64,000 nt of DNA from Opitutaceae bacterium. Its GTDB lineage: Bacteria; Verrucomicrobiota; Verrucomicrobiia; Opitutales; Coraliomargaritaceae. The stretch spans positions 64,001 through 128,000 of the forward strand of contig JBPOFY010000005.1 of assembly GCA_051252375.1 (NCBI GenBank), written 5' to 3'. How positions within the stretch are numbered: position 1 is the first letter of the stretch; each line of letters starts with the position of its first letter. This document shows positions 54,832-64,000 of this stretch, one piece after another. Made by a program: the position numbers and the translations under genes. The notes below the pieces were generated by a model. The model was not told the DNA's origin. It made no database searches and saw nothing but the letters and a program-made list of their open reading frames with translations.

Positions 54832-54918
54832 TCTTAATCCTACTCTTAATCTATTTTTAGGGCTCTGGCCCACAGGTGTAGGGGGATTATGATTAAGATT
54901 AGGAGTAAGAGTAAGACG
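54832..54918. repeat. inverted hexamer arrays
   Basis: tcttaatcctactcttaatc ... gattatgattaagattaggagtaagagtaagacg; same unit as 40478-40680. Confidence 0.7.
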
Positions 54919-54924
54919 ATTCGT

Positions 54925-56727
54925 TTACCCGTGCTTTTGTTTGTCGTTAACGGGATCAACGTAAATCGAGACGTTGGCGGTAGTGTTACCAAGGTGCTCT
55001 TTGGCTCGTTTGAGGGCCTTGGCTGTCGAAAGTGTGGGGTTCAGCGGTTCATCGGTGAAGATATTGCGCTCTTTGATGATGTCATAGAGCCCGGAGTTTC
55101 TGAGCACACGGATGATGTCGACTTTGACTTCGCTGAGAATGAGGTAACGCCCTTTTTCAGTCATGTAGAGCATGAGCTCCTCTAGAGCCATGACTGCGGT
55201 GGCATCCATGTTATAGGCATTGCGCATTTTGAGGACGACGATCTTGAGATTGGGGTCTTCGCAGATACGGCGCATTTGATCGCGAAAGAGGTCGGCGGCA
55301 CCGAAGAAGAGTTCGCCTTCGACGTGAACGATTGAGACCTCGGGTGTTTCGCGATGTTCAGGTTTGGCCATCTGTGTGAGCTGACCTTCCTCGTTGAAGG
55401 CATACTCGATCATTTCCGGACGGGCGACCTTTTTGAGGAAAAGCACGATGGACGTGCCGACACCGACATAGATGGCGGTGTCGAGTGGCATGAAGAGGCC
55501 ACTGATGAATGTGGCTCCAAAAACAACCGCGTCGGACCGGGTCGAGCGCGTGACGATACGGATGGCGTGCTTATTGATCAGCGAGATACCGATGGCTATA
55601 ACGAGCACCGCTAGCGTGCATTGTGGAATGTAACTGGTGAAGGGCCCGAGGGCGAAGGCACCGATGAAGACAATGATACCGCTTATGTAGCTGGCGAGGA
55701 CAGTGTGTCCGCCGCTGGTCGCACTGAGGGTCGAGCGGGTCAATGACCCCGAGGCGGGCATGCCGGAAAAGAAGGCGCAGCCGATATTTGCCATGCCGAT
55801 CGAGAACATTGCCTGATTGGCATCCAGCCGTGAACCGGTTTTAGCGGCGAGTGACTTACCGATCGAAATACCTTCGAGTATGCAAAGTAGGGCAATTGCC
55901 AGGGCCGGGCTGGCGAGCATCTGCAGGCTGCTGAGTGAAATTTGAGGTGCCTGGAAAGACCAGTCGGCTGCATTGATGCCGGGCAATAGAACGATGCCGG
56001 ACTGATGCTGAAACGCTAATTCCGTGAGTATGGAAACCGCGATCAAACAGATGGCGACATTCGGCAGCGCTTTGAATTTCTTGTTTAAGAAAATAAACAA
56101 TATGGCGGTGATGATGCTGACAGCAACGGTCTCCCAGACCACGGTGTCGATAGATCCTGCCATGAGTAGCACCGATTCGTAAAAGGTCGCGCCTTTACGC
56201 TCCATCGTGAGCCCGATTGCTTTGGGTATTTGATTGGTGATAATCAGCAGCGCGGCCGCAGAAATGTAGCCGGTAATGACCGAGCGCGAAATGTATTGGA
56301 CGAGATTGGCGACTTTCAGGTAGGCGCCGATGACGATAAAGAGCCCGACCATGAGGATCAGGAGCGGCACCAGCGTCAGCATTTCGTTGCCCATGATGCC
56401 GAGGCTGGCAAAGGCGCTGAGCAGCATGACCGAAGTGGCATTGGTCGGCCCGAGCGTTATGAAGTGACTCTTTGCAAAGATCGGCGCGACGATTGCGGCG
56501 ATTGCCGAACCGTAGATGCCATATTGAATCGGCAGGCCTGCAATCAAGGCGTAAGCCATGCCTTGCGGGAACGCGAGTAGGGCGACGTTGAACCCCGCAC
56601 GGCAGTCGCCTGCGAAGTAATTTTTCTTATAGCCCCCTAGTGATTTGGTAAGCGGGAAGTAGTCTAGGCAATTATATTCCTTCGCCGCGGTGACGGCGTT
56701 TTTCAAAAATTGTAGGACTTGTGCCAA
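54925..56727 (-). CDS. SulP/SLC26 anion transporter with STAS domain
   Basis: PQGMAYALIAGLP..YGIY, GPT, SGSLTRS, GELFFGAA, MDATA; TTG start. Confidence 0.92.
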   Translation of the reverse strand: MAQVLQFLKNAVTAAKEYNCLDYFPLTKSLGGYKKNYFAGDCRAGFNVALLAFPQGMAYALIAGLPIQYGIYGSAIAAIVAPIFAKSHFITLGPTNATSVMLLSAFASLGIMGNEMLTLVPLLILMVGLFIVIGAYLKVANLVQYISRSVITGYISAAALLIITNQIPKAIGLTMERKGATFYESVLLMAGSIDTVVWETVAVSIITAILFIFLNKKFKALPNVAICLIAVSILTELAFQHQSGIVLLPGINAADWSFQAPQISLSSLQMLASPALAIALLCILEGISIGKSLAAKTGSRLDANQAMFSIGMANIGCAFFSGMPASGSLTRSTLSATSGGHTVLASYISGIIVFIGAFALGPFTSYIPQCTLAVLVIAIGISLINKHAIRIVTRSTRSDAVVFGATFISGLFMPLDTAIYVGVGTSIVLFLKKVARPEMIEYAFNEEGQLTQMAKPEHRETPEVSIVHVEGELFFGAADLFRDQMRRICEDPNLKIVVLKMRNAYNMDATAVMALEELMLYMTEKGRYLILSEVKVDIIRVLRNSGLYDIIKERNIFTDEPLNPTLSTAKALKRAKEHLGNTTANVSIYVDPVNDKQKHG

Positions 56728-56744
56728 TTGACTACGGTTTGGAA

Positions 56745-57530
56745 TTAACTTTCAGGGTAGAGCACTTTCATGACTTCGGCATGTAGCGGGGCTTTGGCCG
56801 CAATAATGGTTCGTTCATCAAATGAGTCGCCACCATACCAACCAGTAACGGTGAAGCCTGCGCCTTGCAAGCATGGGATGATCGCTGCGCAGTCCCAAAT
56901 CTCCATGAGAGGATCACACATGACGTCAATAAAGCCGGTGCAAAGTAGGATGTAGCCGCCGGCATCGCCCCATGAGCGATAGAGTGCGGTCTTCGGTGGC
57001 AGGTCGCTCCATTGAGCATTGTTCTGCCAAAGTTGTTTACGGATGGGGTCGGTGGTGCAGAGCGTGGCTTCACTTAGTTTACATGGAGCGCGTCCACTTA
57101 CTGGCTTGCCGTTCAGAGTGGTGGTCTCGCAATCGCCGATCACCATCTGCTTCATCACTGGCTGATTGATCGCGCCGATGACTGGGCGACCTTTGTAGAG
57201 TAGTGCGATGAGGGTGGCGAAAAGCGGCACCCCAGAAATGAAAGACTTGGTGCCGTCGACAGGATCGAGGACCCATACGAAATCCGCATCGGTGCGTTCC
57301 TTGCCATATTCCTCACCAATGATGCCGTGGTCCGGATAGCGCTCAGCGAGAATTTCGCGGATGCGTTTCTCTGCATTACGATCCGCTAAGGTGACGGGTG
57401 TGGCGTCGGACTTGCGTTCGATCTCCACATCCGGCCCGTAGTGAGGCATGATTTCCTTCGCTGCCTCTTCACAGAGGTAGGCGATGAATTCGATGAATTC
57501 GTCTTTTTGAGCGCGTGTAAGTTCTGACAT
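56745..57530 (-). CDS. hisN: inositol monophosphatase family, probably histidinol-phosphatase
   Basis: K.D.TPVT.ADR.AE, GEEYG, WVLDPVDGTKSF, WD.AA; start set at MSELTR. Confidence 0.7.
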   Translation of the reverse strand: MSELTRAQKDEFIEFIAYLCEEAAKEIMPHYGPDVEIERKSDATPVTLADRNAEKRIREILAERYPDHGIIGEEYGKERTDADFVWVLDPVDGTKSFISGVPLFATLIALLYKGRPVIGAINQPVMKQMVIGDCETTTLNGKPVSGRAPCKLSEATLCTTDPIRKQLWQNNAQWSDLPPKTALYRSWGDAGGYILLCTGFIDVMCDPLMEIWDCAAIIPCLQGAGFTVTGWYGGDSFDERTIIAAKAPLHAEVMKVLYPES

Positions 57531-57630
57531 GACTGCTGCTTTAATTGGATAAAAGACTAAAATGTGGTCAGTGATTTCTGGATAGGCAACCGCATAGTCA
57601 TTGAATTCAATGTTCGACCTTCGAAGTTCG

Positions 57631-58308
57631 ATGTTCAACCATTGCCTTGTGTTGACGACCCCCATTCATGTGATCGATTTTGAAGGCAGCCGCCAGAGCG
57701 GGATTGTCGAATATGGCGTGGTCACATTGCACGGCGATCAGGTCGAGGCTACCTATACACGGCTCTGCGCGCCGATTGGCACGATTTCGGATCGCGATCG
57801 TTTGCAACATGGGATTTCTGAGGAACTAGCATCGGAACATGACCGCTTCGATGAGGAATGGGCGCTTTTTTCAGGACTCCGCGAGACAGGGCCACTCTGT
57901 GCGCACAATGTGGCAGTTGAAGACGGCTTGTTGCGAAGCGTGTGGCCGTATCCGCGCAATTCACCGGATTTTGCGGAAGCGGGGCAATTGACTGCAAGTT
58001 GGGGACCTTGGTTGGACACTCTGTATTTGTATCGCCGGATCTATCCACAAATGGAGAGCTACAAGTTGGAAGATTTGATCGCTGTCTTTGGGCTAGGTGA
58101 GGAGTTGGCCGCACAGGCTGCACTCTATTGTCCGGAAAAACGAGGTCGCTACCATTGTGCGCTTTACGATGCCTTGGCCTCGGCCTTACTACTGAAGCGT
58201 CTCTATGCGGAGCCTGAGTTGGGAGACTTGAGCCTGCGCTGGTTGATCATGAACAGTGCCGCTTCGTCTGCGAATCGTGATGCGATCGGACAACAAGATT
58301 TATTTTAA
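57631..58308 (+). CDS. DEDDh 3'-5' exonuclease (DnaQ-like)
   Basis: IDFE, HGI, AHN..VE, LDTL, HCALYDA; start uncertain (57631/57649/57652). Confidence 0.8.
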   Translation: MFNHCLVLTTPIHVIDFEGSRQSGIVEYGVVTLHGDQVEATYTRLCAPIGTISDRDRLQHGISEELASEHDRFDEEWALFSGLRETGPLCAHNVAVEDGLLRSVWPYPRNSPDFAEAGQLTASWGPWLDTLYLYRRIYPQMESYKLEDLIAVFGLGEELAAQAALYCPEKRGRYHCALYDALASALLLKRLYAEPELGDLSLRWLIMNSAASSANRDAIGQQDLF

Positions 58309-58315
58309 CAGAACG

Positions 58316-59287
58316 ATGAGTGAAAAACCAAATGTAGTCTTTTTTGGATCGGATGCGATTTGCCTACCAGTGCTGAATTACCTCTTAGGCGAGGGCGCGT
58401 CGCAATGCACATTATGCGCGGTGATTTCGCAACCTGATCGTCCGCAAGGGCGGGGCAAAAAGATGCAACCTAATCCCGTGGCCGCATGGGCGACAGAGAA
58501 TGGTGTAGAGCTGCTCCGTCCTGAAAAGCCAGATGCTGCCTTGGTTGATTGGATCGTGTCTGCCGAGGTCGTGGTCGCATTCGTCATGGCCTATGGGCAT
58601 TTCTTGCCGAAGTCGCTGCGCGAAGCGCCGCGTCATGGGATGGTGAATTTCCACGGATCGATCTTACCAAAGTATCGCGGTGCCTCGCCAGTCGAGACTG
58701 CGATTGCGATGGGTGAGTCCGAAACAGGTGTTGGCTTGATGCAAGTGGTGAAGGCAATGGATGCCGGCGGCGTGGCAGACGTGGAAAGAGTCTGTATTGA
58801 AAATGCTGATACCAGTCCTGATGTGCGGGTGAAAATCGGTGAGGCGGTCGTGCCTCTGTTACGCCGTAATCTCGAGACGATACTCCGTGGCGATTTGGAT
58901 TTTGTGCCGCAGGACACTGCGGCTGTGACGCATTGCCGTAAAATTAGTAAAGAGGACGGCGCCTTGGATTTCACTTTGTCGGCACAGGCGATCTATGATC
59001 GCTTGCGAGCTTTCTCGCCATGGCCTGGTGGGTATTTTGATCACGATGTAGTGCGCATCAAAGTCGGGCGTGCGACGGTTGATTTAGCATCAAGTGAAGT
59101 GGCTCCGGGCACTGTTCTATCCCTTGAGTCGGGGCTTACAGTTGCGACGGGCGGGGGCATGATCGTGTTTCACGAATTGCAACGCCCTGGCGGGCGGATG
59201 CTGCCGGTCGCAGATTTTTTGCGCGGGTATCCGATTGCGGTTGGCGAAGTCTTGAAGAGTTCTGCCGCGCAATCGTTGCTGGTTTGA
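58316..59287 (+). CDS. fmt: methionyl-tRNA formyltransferase
   Basis: SQPDRPQGRG, AYG, NFHGSILPKYRGASP, MDAG, PWPG. Confidence 0.95.
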   Translation: MSEKPNVVFFGSDAICLPVLNYLLGEGASQCTLCAVISQPDRPQGRGKKMQPNPVAAWATENGVELLRPEKPDAALVDWIVSAEVVVAFVMAYGHFLPKSLREAPRHGMVNFHGSILPKYRGASPVETAIAMGESETGVGLMQVVKAMDAGGVADVERVCIENADTSPDVRVKIGEAVVPLLRRNLETILRGDLDFVPQDTAAVTHCRKISKEDGALDFTLSAQAIYDRLRAFSPWPGGYFDHDVVRIKVGRATVDLASSEVAPGTVLSLESGLTVATGGGMIVFHELQRPGGRMLPVADFLRGYPIAVGEVLKSSAAQSLLV

Positions 59288-59343
59288 TTGCGAATATAGA
59301 AACGGATTAGCCGATAAATGGATTCGTATTCGCTTGGAAATTC

Positions 59344-59456
59344 GCGGTTGCGACGGAGCGCAACCCTCCAGTTTGTCTCGAAATTATGGAGGGACATGCT
59401 CCGTCATGTCCGCCGCATGTTAGGTCAGTTGGTCAAGCGGGGACGTTGGCCCTCCA
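59344..59456. repeat. TGGAG-REP cluster
   Basis: 59344-59370, 59387-59413 and a degenerate third copy ending ccctcca. Confidence 0.8.
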
Positions 59457-59505
59457 AAATCTAGCCTCTCCGTGAGTGCTCTAAAAGGATAGGTTTGATC
59501 GCGCC

Positions 59506-59745
59506 TCAACCGCCGGTCATCGGTGGGAGGAAGGCGATGGAGTCGCCGTCTTTTAATTCTGCTTCATGAGCGGAGAGCTCATGGTTGATAGCGACTTGTA
59601 GTTGCTTAAACGTATGTGGGAAATGATATGCGGTCTGAAGTTCGTCGTAGAGCGCGGCGGGAGAAGTGTTACTCAGCTCGCGTGTCTCTTCAGTTTTACC
59701 GGCGAGGTCAGCGAGTTGGGCGAAGTATAGGATCTTAATTTGCAT
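59506..59745 (-). CDS. moaD: molybdopterin synthase sulfur carrier
   Basis: ILYFA.L...AG, VAIN, L.DGD.IAFLPP.TGG with C-terminal GG. Confidence 0.9.
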   Translation of the reverse strand: MQIKILYFAQLADLAGKTEETRELSNTSPAALYDELQTAYHFPHTFKQLQVAINHELSAHEAELKDGDSIAFLPPMTGG

Positions 59746-60325
59746 CTTGAATGGCTTCGTATTCGGCGGCGGTGTTGATGTTGTCGAGACTGCGTGGATC
59801 GTCTTGGTCGACGAGTTTAGCTTCGTTAACGATGAGCAGTTTGCGTGGGCAGCTTTTACCCAGCTCTTGCGAGAGTTGCAGCAAGCCTTGACCTGAACCG
59901 CTGGGGTAGATCGCGCAAAGTGGTTCGGGCAGACCGTCGTGGCTACTTTTGTAGGCGGTCAGTTCCGGCGTGGCGGCTTGGAATGTGCGGATGAGCTTTT
60001 CCAGAGTGGGCACTTGTAAATAGGGCAGGTCACAGGCGAGAACGAGCCAATGTGCTTCGGGATGTGTCTGCATTGCGGAGAGGATACCGCAGAGGGGACC
60101 CTTTGCTTCGTTTACTGAATCGTAGATCGCTTCGGAGCCTTCGGGGCAGGGGAAGGCTTGTTCTTCGCGTTGCGAAATATAGACGCGTTCGCAGACCGAT
60201 TGGAGGAGTGCGGCAGTGCGTTCAAGTTGCGTGCCTCGGCCGTCATAGCTAAGGAGCGCTTTGTCGCGGCCCATGCGTTGGCTTTTGCCGCCGACAAGGA
60301 CGAGACCATAAAGTGGAGAATCCAT
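59735..60325 (-). CDS. mobA: molybdenum cofactor guanylyltransferase
   Basis: LVGGKSQRMGRDKA, GPL.GI, LACDLP, EPL.AIY, NINT. Confidence 0.9.
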   Translation of the reverse strand: MDSPLYGLVLVGGKSQRMGRDKALLSYDGRGTQLERTAALLQSVCERVYISQREEQAFPCPEGSEAIYDSVNEAKGPLCGILSAMQTHPEAHWLVLACDLPYLQVPTLEKLIRTFQAATPELTAYKSSHDGLPEPLCAIYPSGSGQGLLQLSQELGKSCPRKLLIVNEAKLVDQDDPRSLDNINTAAEYEAIQDAN

Positions 60326-60345
60326 GGAATTTAATGTAGCGGAGG

Positions 60346-60816
60346 CTATCGTTTGTAGTCGGATTTGCCGCCGGTCTTTTCAACCAGACGGGTGGACTCG
60401 ATGACGATGTCTTTAGAGACCGCTTTGCACATATCGTAGATTGTGAGTGCTGCGCCACTGACGGCGGTGAGTGCTTCCATTTCGACGCCGGTTTGGTCGA
60501 GCACTTTGACTCGGGCTTCGATTCGTAGACGGGCTTCGTCGACTGGTTTAATGTCGATCTTAACCGACTTTAAATTAAGTGGATGGCAAAAGGGGATCAG
60601 CTCGGAAGTTTTCTTTGCCGCCATGGTGCCGGCGATAATGGCGGTATCGAGGATGGGACCTTTTTTTGAGGTCCAGCCTGAATCGCTAAAGGCCTTCATG
60701 ATGTCGGGTCCAAGAAAAACGAAACACTCGGCGATCGCAGTGCGTTCAGTTGCGCTTTTTTCCGATACATCGACCATTGTGGGTCGTTGGTCTTTGTCGA
60801 GGTGCGTGAATTCCAT
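60346..60816 (-). CDS. moaC: cyclic pyranopterin monophosphate synthase
   Basis: THLD...MVDVS.K, LIPFCHP, TGVEMEAL, YDMCKA, KTGGKS. Confidence 0.96.
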   Translation of the reverse strand: MEFTHLDKDQRPTMVDVSEKSATERTAIAECFVFLGPDIMKAFSDSGWTSKKGPILDTAIIAGTMAAKKTSELIPFCHPLNLKSVKIDIKPVDEARLRIEARVKVLDQTGVEMEALTAVSGAALTIYDMCKAVSKDIVIESTRLVEKTGGKSDYKR

Positions 60817-60894
60817 AATGTATGATCGTTGGCGTTTGTGGACTGCTTGGCAAGTGACATTCCTTTGGCTCTTGGGGTGTATTTACTTTATAGC

Positions 60895-60977
60895 TGGAGG
60901 GTTGCGCTCCGTCGCAACCGCCGTTGGTTCGCCTCGGTCCGGAAGTATCTGCGGCAATGACGGAGCATTGCCCTCCA
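60895..60977. repeat. inverted TGGAG-REP doublet
   Basis: tggagggttgcgctccgtcgcaaccgc ... gcggcaatgacggagcattgccctcca. Confidence 0.85.
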
Positions 60978-61045
60978 GAATGTTCATTTGCCGATACTGT
61001 GTGAGGTGAATTGACAGCGTAGCGGATTTCAATCTGTGTGTGTGG

Positions 61046-61612
61046 ATGAACTTTAGCGAAGAATTAACTCTGTCTCGGGATACCTCAGCGACGATTATTC
61101 CGGCAGGCGAAGTGCAAACGCTTAAAGCGGGCACACGTGCTGTAATTTCTCAGGCCTTGGGTGGCACAGTGACGATCCGCACGGACTCGGGGCTGTTTCG
61201 CTTAGCGAGTAAAGATTGGGATGCGCTCGGTGCTGAAGCAAAAGCACAACTTTCGGCTGCGGCTGACGCGGCGGAGCTGGATCAAAGTGATACACCTTTT
61301 AGCGAAGCGCTGGTTTGGGAGGCGATGAAGAGCTGTTTCGACCCTGAGATTCCGGTGAACATTGTGGACCTCGGCTTGATTTATGATCTTCAAATCGGAG
61401 AGCCTGATGCGGATGGAAAACATCTCATAAATGTGAAGATGACTTTGACGGCACAAGGCTGTGGTATGGGCCCGGTGATCGCGGATGATGCTAAGACGAG
61501 TATCGAAGCGCTGGATAGTGTTTCACAAGCTCAGGTAGATATCGTATGGGATCCACCGTGGACACCGCATATGATCTCCGATGAAGGACGTAAGAAACTA
61601 GGTATCGAGTAG
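61046..61612 (+). CDS. sufT: Fe-S cluster assembly protein SufT (DUF59)
   Basis: N-terminal IP.G...I.QALGG.VT; DPEIPVNIVDLGLIY, MTLTA.GCGMG, VWDPPW. Confidence 0.88.
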   Translation: MNFSEELTLSRDTSATIIPAGEVQTLKAGTRAVISQALGGTVTIRTDSGLFRLASKDWDALGAEAKAQLSAAADAAELDQSDTPFSEALVWEAMKSCFDPEIPVNIVDLGLIYDLQIGEPDADGKHLINVKMTLTAQGCGMGPVIADDAKTSIEALDSVSQAQVDIVWDPPWTPHMISDEGRKKLGIE

Positions 61613-61778
61613 GTTGGCATTTTTACGAATCCGTTACGATTTGTAAGTTGTTTAATGGTAGCGTTTTGCGTGTCATATTTTGGCGGCATTAAACCTGCGC
61701 TTGCGCGAGTGATACTATGGGGCAACCGTAAGTGTGCTTTTAATTATGCACGCGATATTTCGCTAACCCGAGAATATC

Positions 61779-62258
61779 ATGCCGACTACCAATACTACCA
61801 AAATACTCAGTCGCCGTTCGCGCGGCTTTACCCTTGTCGAGATCATGATCGTTGTCGTGATCATCGGTTTGTTGGCTGCTATGGCTTTGCCCGCTTTTCA
61901 GAAGGCACGACTTAATAGTAATGCCAGTCGTTTTGCCAATGACTTCCGCGTCTTCGCAGGTGCCTTTGAAACGCATGTTCTGGAATCGGGGCAGTGGGCG
62001 CCCGACGGAATGGGCAATAGCTTACCTGCAACCGTTTTAGAATATTTGGAAGGCTCGGCTTGGTTCCAACCTGTGCCAGGTGGTGGTTATTGGGACTGGG
62101 AGCTCAATCGGTTTGGCCATAAGGCCTCAGTCGGCTTGGCATTGGATGAGGATCGCCCTGACATCATGCAGAAAGTCGACGACATCTTAGACGATGGCAA
62201 CTTAGCGACTGGCAGCTTTCGTAAAGCATCCGACCGCTATATCTATATTTTAGAGTAG
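61779..62258 (+). CDS. type IV pilin-like protein (prepilin cleavage/methylation motif)
   Basis: RG^FTLVEIMIVVVIIGLLAAMALPAF. Confidence 0.88.
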   Translation: MPTTNTTKILSRRSRGFTLVEIMIVVVIIGLLAAMALPAFQKARLNSNASRFANDFRVFAGAFETHVLESGQWAPDGMGNSLPATVLEYLEGSAWFQPVPGGGYWDWELNRFGHKASVGLALDEDRPDIMQKVDDILDDGNLATGSFRKASDRYIYILE

Positions 62259-62267
62259 CGTTTCGAT

Positions 62268-64000
62268 CTACTCGACCTCGGCGTGTTGCGCTTTGGAATT
62301 TTTGATCGATTCGATACGACCGAGGACTTGGGCAAAGATCGATTCGGCGTCGAGTCCCACTGTAGCGCGTAGCTGACTGACAGAATTACCGTGTTCCACA
62401 AAAGTGTCGGGCCAGCCGATACGTTCGACGGGGCGCATGCAGTTGCCTGTTTGCAATGCCTCCATGACTGCGGTTCCGAAGCCGCCAGTGATGACATGGT
62501 CTTCCATGGTCACGATCAATTGGGTATTGGCTGCGGCGGATAGCAAGTTCTCGGTGTCCAGTGGTTTTGCAAAGCGCGCATTCACGACGCCTGCTTTGAT
62601 ACTGTGCTCGCTCAAGCGTGCGGCGAGTTTTTCAGCGTCGGCCACCATCGAGCCGATTGCCCAAATATCGATTTCACCAGCTTCTTGGAGGCGAACAGAT
62701 TTGCCGACTTCCAGGGCTTCTGGTGTTTCTTTGATCGGAGTGCCGACTCCTTCGCCACGAGGGTAGCGGATAAAGGCAGGACCTTGGTAGGCGATGCCGG
62801 TTGCCATCATGTCGGCGAGTTCATCTTCGTTGGCAGGCGCCATGATGAGTGCCTCTGGCACGCAGCGCAGATAGGAAATATCGAACAGACCGTGGTGAGT
62901 CGCGCCGTCGTTGGGCGAGAGTCCGGAGCGATCCATGCAGAAGAGCACAGGTAGTTTTTGCAGCGCAATATCGTGTATGATCTGGTCGTAAGCGCGCTGT
63001 AAGAAAGTGGAGTAGATCGCGCAGACCGGGTGGAAGCCGGAAGTGGCCATCCCTGCGGCAAAGAGCGCGGCGTGTTCCTCGGCGATGCCGACATCGAAGA
63101 ATTGCTCGGGCAGCGCTTTTTCGAGAATGTTCATGCCAGTGCCTGCTGGCATGGCGGCGGTGATGCCGACGATCTTTGGGTCTGCAGTCGCCAACTTGAC
63201 CATGGTCTCGCCCATGACGTCTTGATATTTCGGTGGTGCAGTCTCCGCTGATGGGGCACCTTTGCCGGTGTTGACATCGAAAGGGCTGGCTCCGTGGAAA
63301 CGCTCGGGATTATTAATCGCGACGTCGTAGCCTTTGCCTTTAGTCGTTAAAATATGCAGCAGCACGGGTTGCTCGGCGTTTTTTGCGAACTCGAGGTAGT
63401 GCTCTACTTGCTTGTGGTCGTGGCCATCGATCGGACCGATGTAGCGGACGTTGAATTTCTCAAAGAGGGAGGAGGAGACGAAGAAGTCTTTGGTTTCCTT
63501 TTTCCATTTTGAACCGAAGTTGATGATTGATTCACCGCCAGGCATTTTTTGTAGCAGCGCCTCGATGTCGTCATTCAGACGATTGTAAATCGGGTTGGTG
63601 ATGAGCTCGTTGAAGTAGCGAGGTAGGGCGCCTACGTTCTTGGCGATGGACCATTTGTTGTCGTTGAGAATGATGATCAGGCGCTTGGTCGAAGTGGCGA
63701 CATTGTTGAGCGCCTCCATCGTGATCCCGCAGGTAAAGGCGGCGTCACCGCAGAGCGCGACGACATGCTCATCGCTGCCACGCTTGTCGCGGGCGGTGGC
63801 CATACCAAGAGCAGCGGAGAGTGCGGTGCCTGCGTGACCTGCGCCAAAGGCGTCGTGCTCGCTTTCTTGGCGATTGAGGAAACCACTCAGACCTTCGTTC
63901 TGGCGTAGTTTATCAAATCGTTCGTCGTTACGACCGGTGAGTAGTTTGTGGACATAGCCTTGGTGGGCGACGTCGAAGACAAAGCGGTCTTCCGGTGTAT
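62268..64000 (-). CDS. dxs: 1-deoxy-D-xylulose-5-phosphate synthase (5' end outside the window)
   Basis: The frame stays open beyond 63803 (FDVAHQGYVHKLLTGR, AFGAGHAGTA); GDAA...EALNN, GPIDGH, DVGIAEEHA, YSTFLQRAYDQ, DGATH, IRYPRG. Confidence 0.96.
   Translation of the reverse strand, partial: TPEDRFVFDVAHQGYVHKLLTGRNDERFDKLRQNEGLSGFLNRQESEHDAFGAGHAGTALSAALGMATARDKRGSDEHVVALCGDAAFTCGITMEALNNVATSTKRLIIILNDNKWSIAKNVGALPRYFNELITNPIYNRLNDDIEALLQKMPGGESIINFGSKWKKETKDFFVSSSLFEKFNVRYIGPIDGHDHKQVEHYLEFAKNAEQPVLLHILTTKGKGYDVAINNPERFHGASPFDVNTGKGAPSAETAPPKYQDVMGETMVKLATADPKIVGITAAMPAGTGMNILEKALPEQFFDVGIAEEHAALFAAGMATSGFHPVCAIYSTFLQRAYDQIIHDIALQKLPVLFCMDRSGLSPNDGATHHGLFDISYLRCVPEALIMAPANEDELADMMATGIAYQGPAFIRYPRGEGVGTPIKETPEALEVGKSVRLQEAGEIDIWAIGSMVADAEKLAARLSEHSIKAGVVNARFAKPLDTENLLSAAANTQLIVTMEDHVITGGFGTAVMEALQTGNCMRPVERIGWPDTFVEHGNSVSQLRATVGLDAESIFAQVLGRIESIKNSKAQHAEVE

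Noticed and set aside
61684..61699. Sigma-54 promoter upstream of the pilin-like gene (CGGCATTAAACCTGC)
   Set aside because: GG-N10-GC spacing is right but the match to TGGCAC-N5-TTGC is weak; cannot be supported without TSS data.

Overview
64 kb of bacterial chromosome, mostly housekeeping genes. The gene repertoire and protein style suggest Verrucomicrobiota, probably Opitutae (Coraliomargarita/Lentimonas-like); this is an inference, not a database result. Recognisable content: ppk1 (5' part), htpG, two large secreted passenger-repeat (PATR) proteins, a MoxR-DUF58-Bat operon, a sigma-54 response regulator, tRNA-Gly(GCC), gltX, infC, an amidase, cysCDN, a nuclease-DinG helicase, uxs, nadA, hrpA, a class III cyclase, rpmB, ctpA, tsaD, a di-haem peroxidase, class I fumarase, SulP, a hisN-like gene, fmt, moaC-mobA-moaD, sufT, a pilin-like gene and dxs (3' part). 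I found no transposase, integrase, reverse transcriptase, CRISPR array or rRNA. Four things stand out. (1) The two diverged PATR paralogues share a near-identical ~685-bp 3' cassette: a 133-aa C-terminal domain plus terminator, REP and flank, and neither has a beta-barrel or PEP-CTERM. (2) There is a dense set of small palindromic elements: several REP-like families with covarying stems, and inverted arrays of 6-, 7- and 10-mers. (3) Some of these elements sit in frame inside protein-coding genes (hrpA, DUF58, batE). (4) The tRNA-Gly has an atypical U2:A71 pair and a duplicated 3' end plus terminator.
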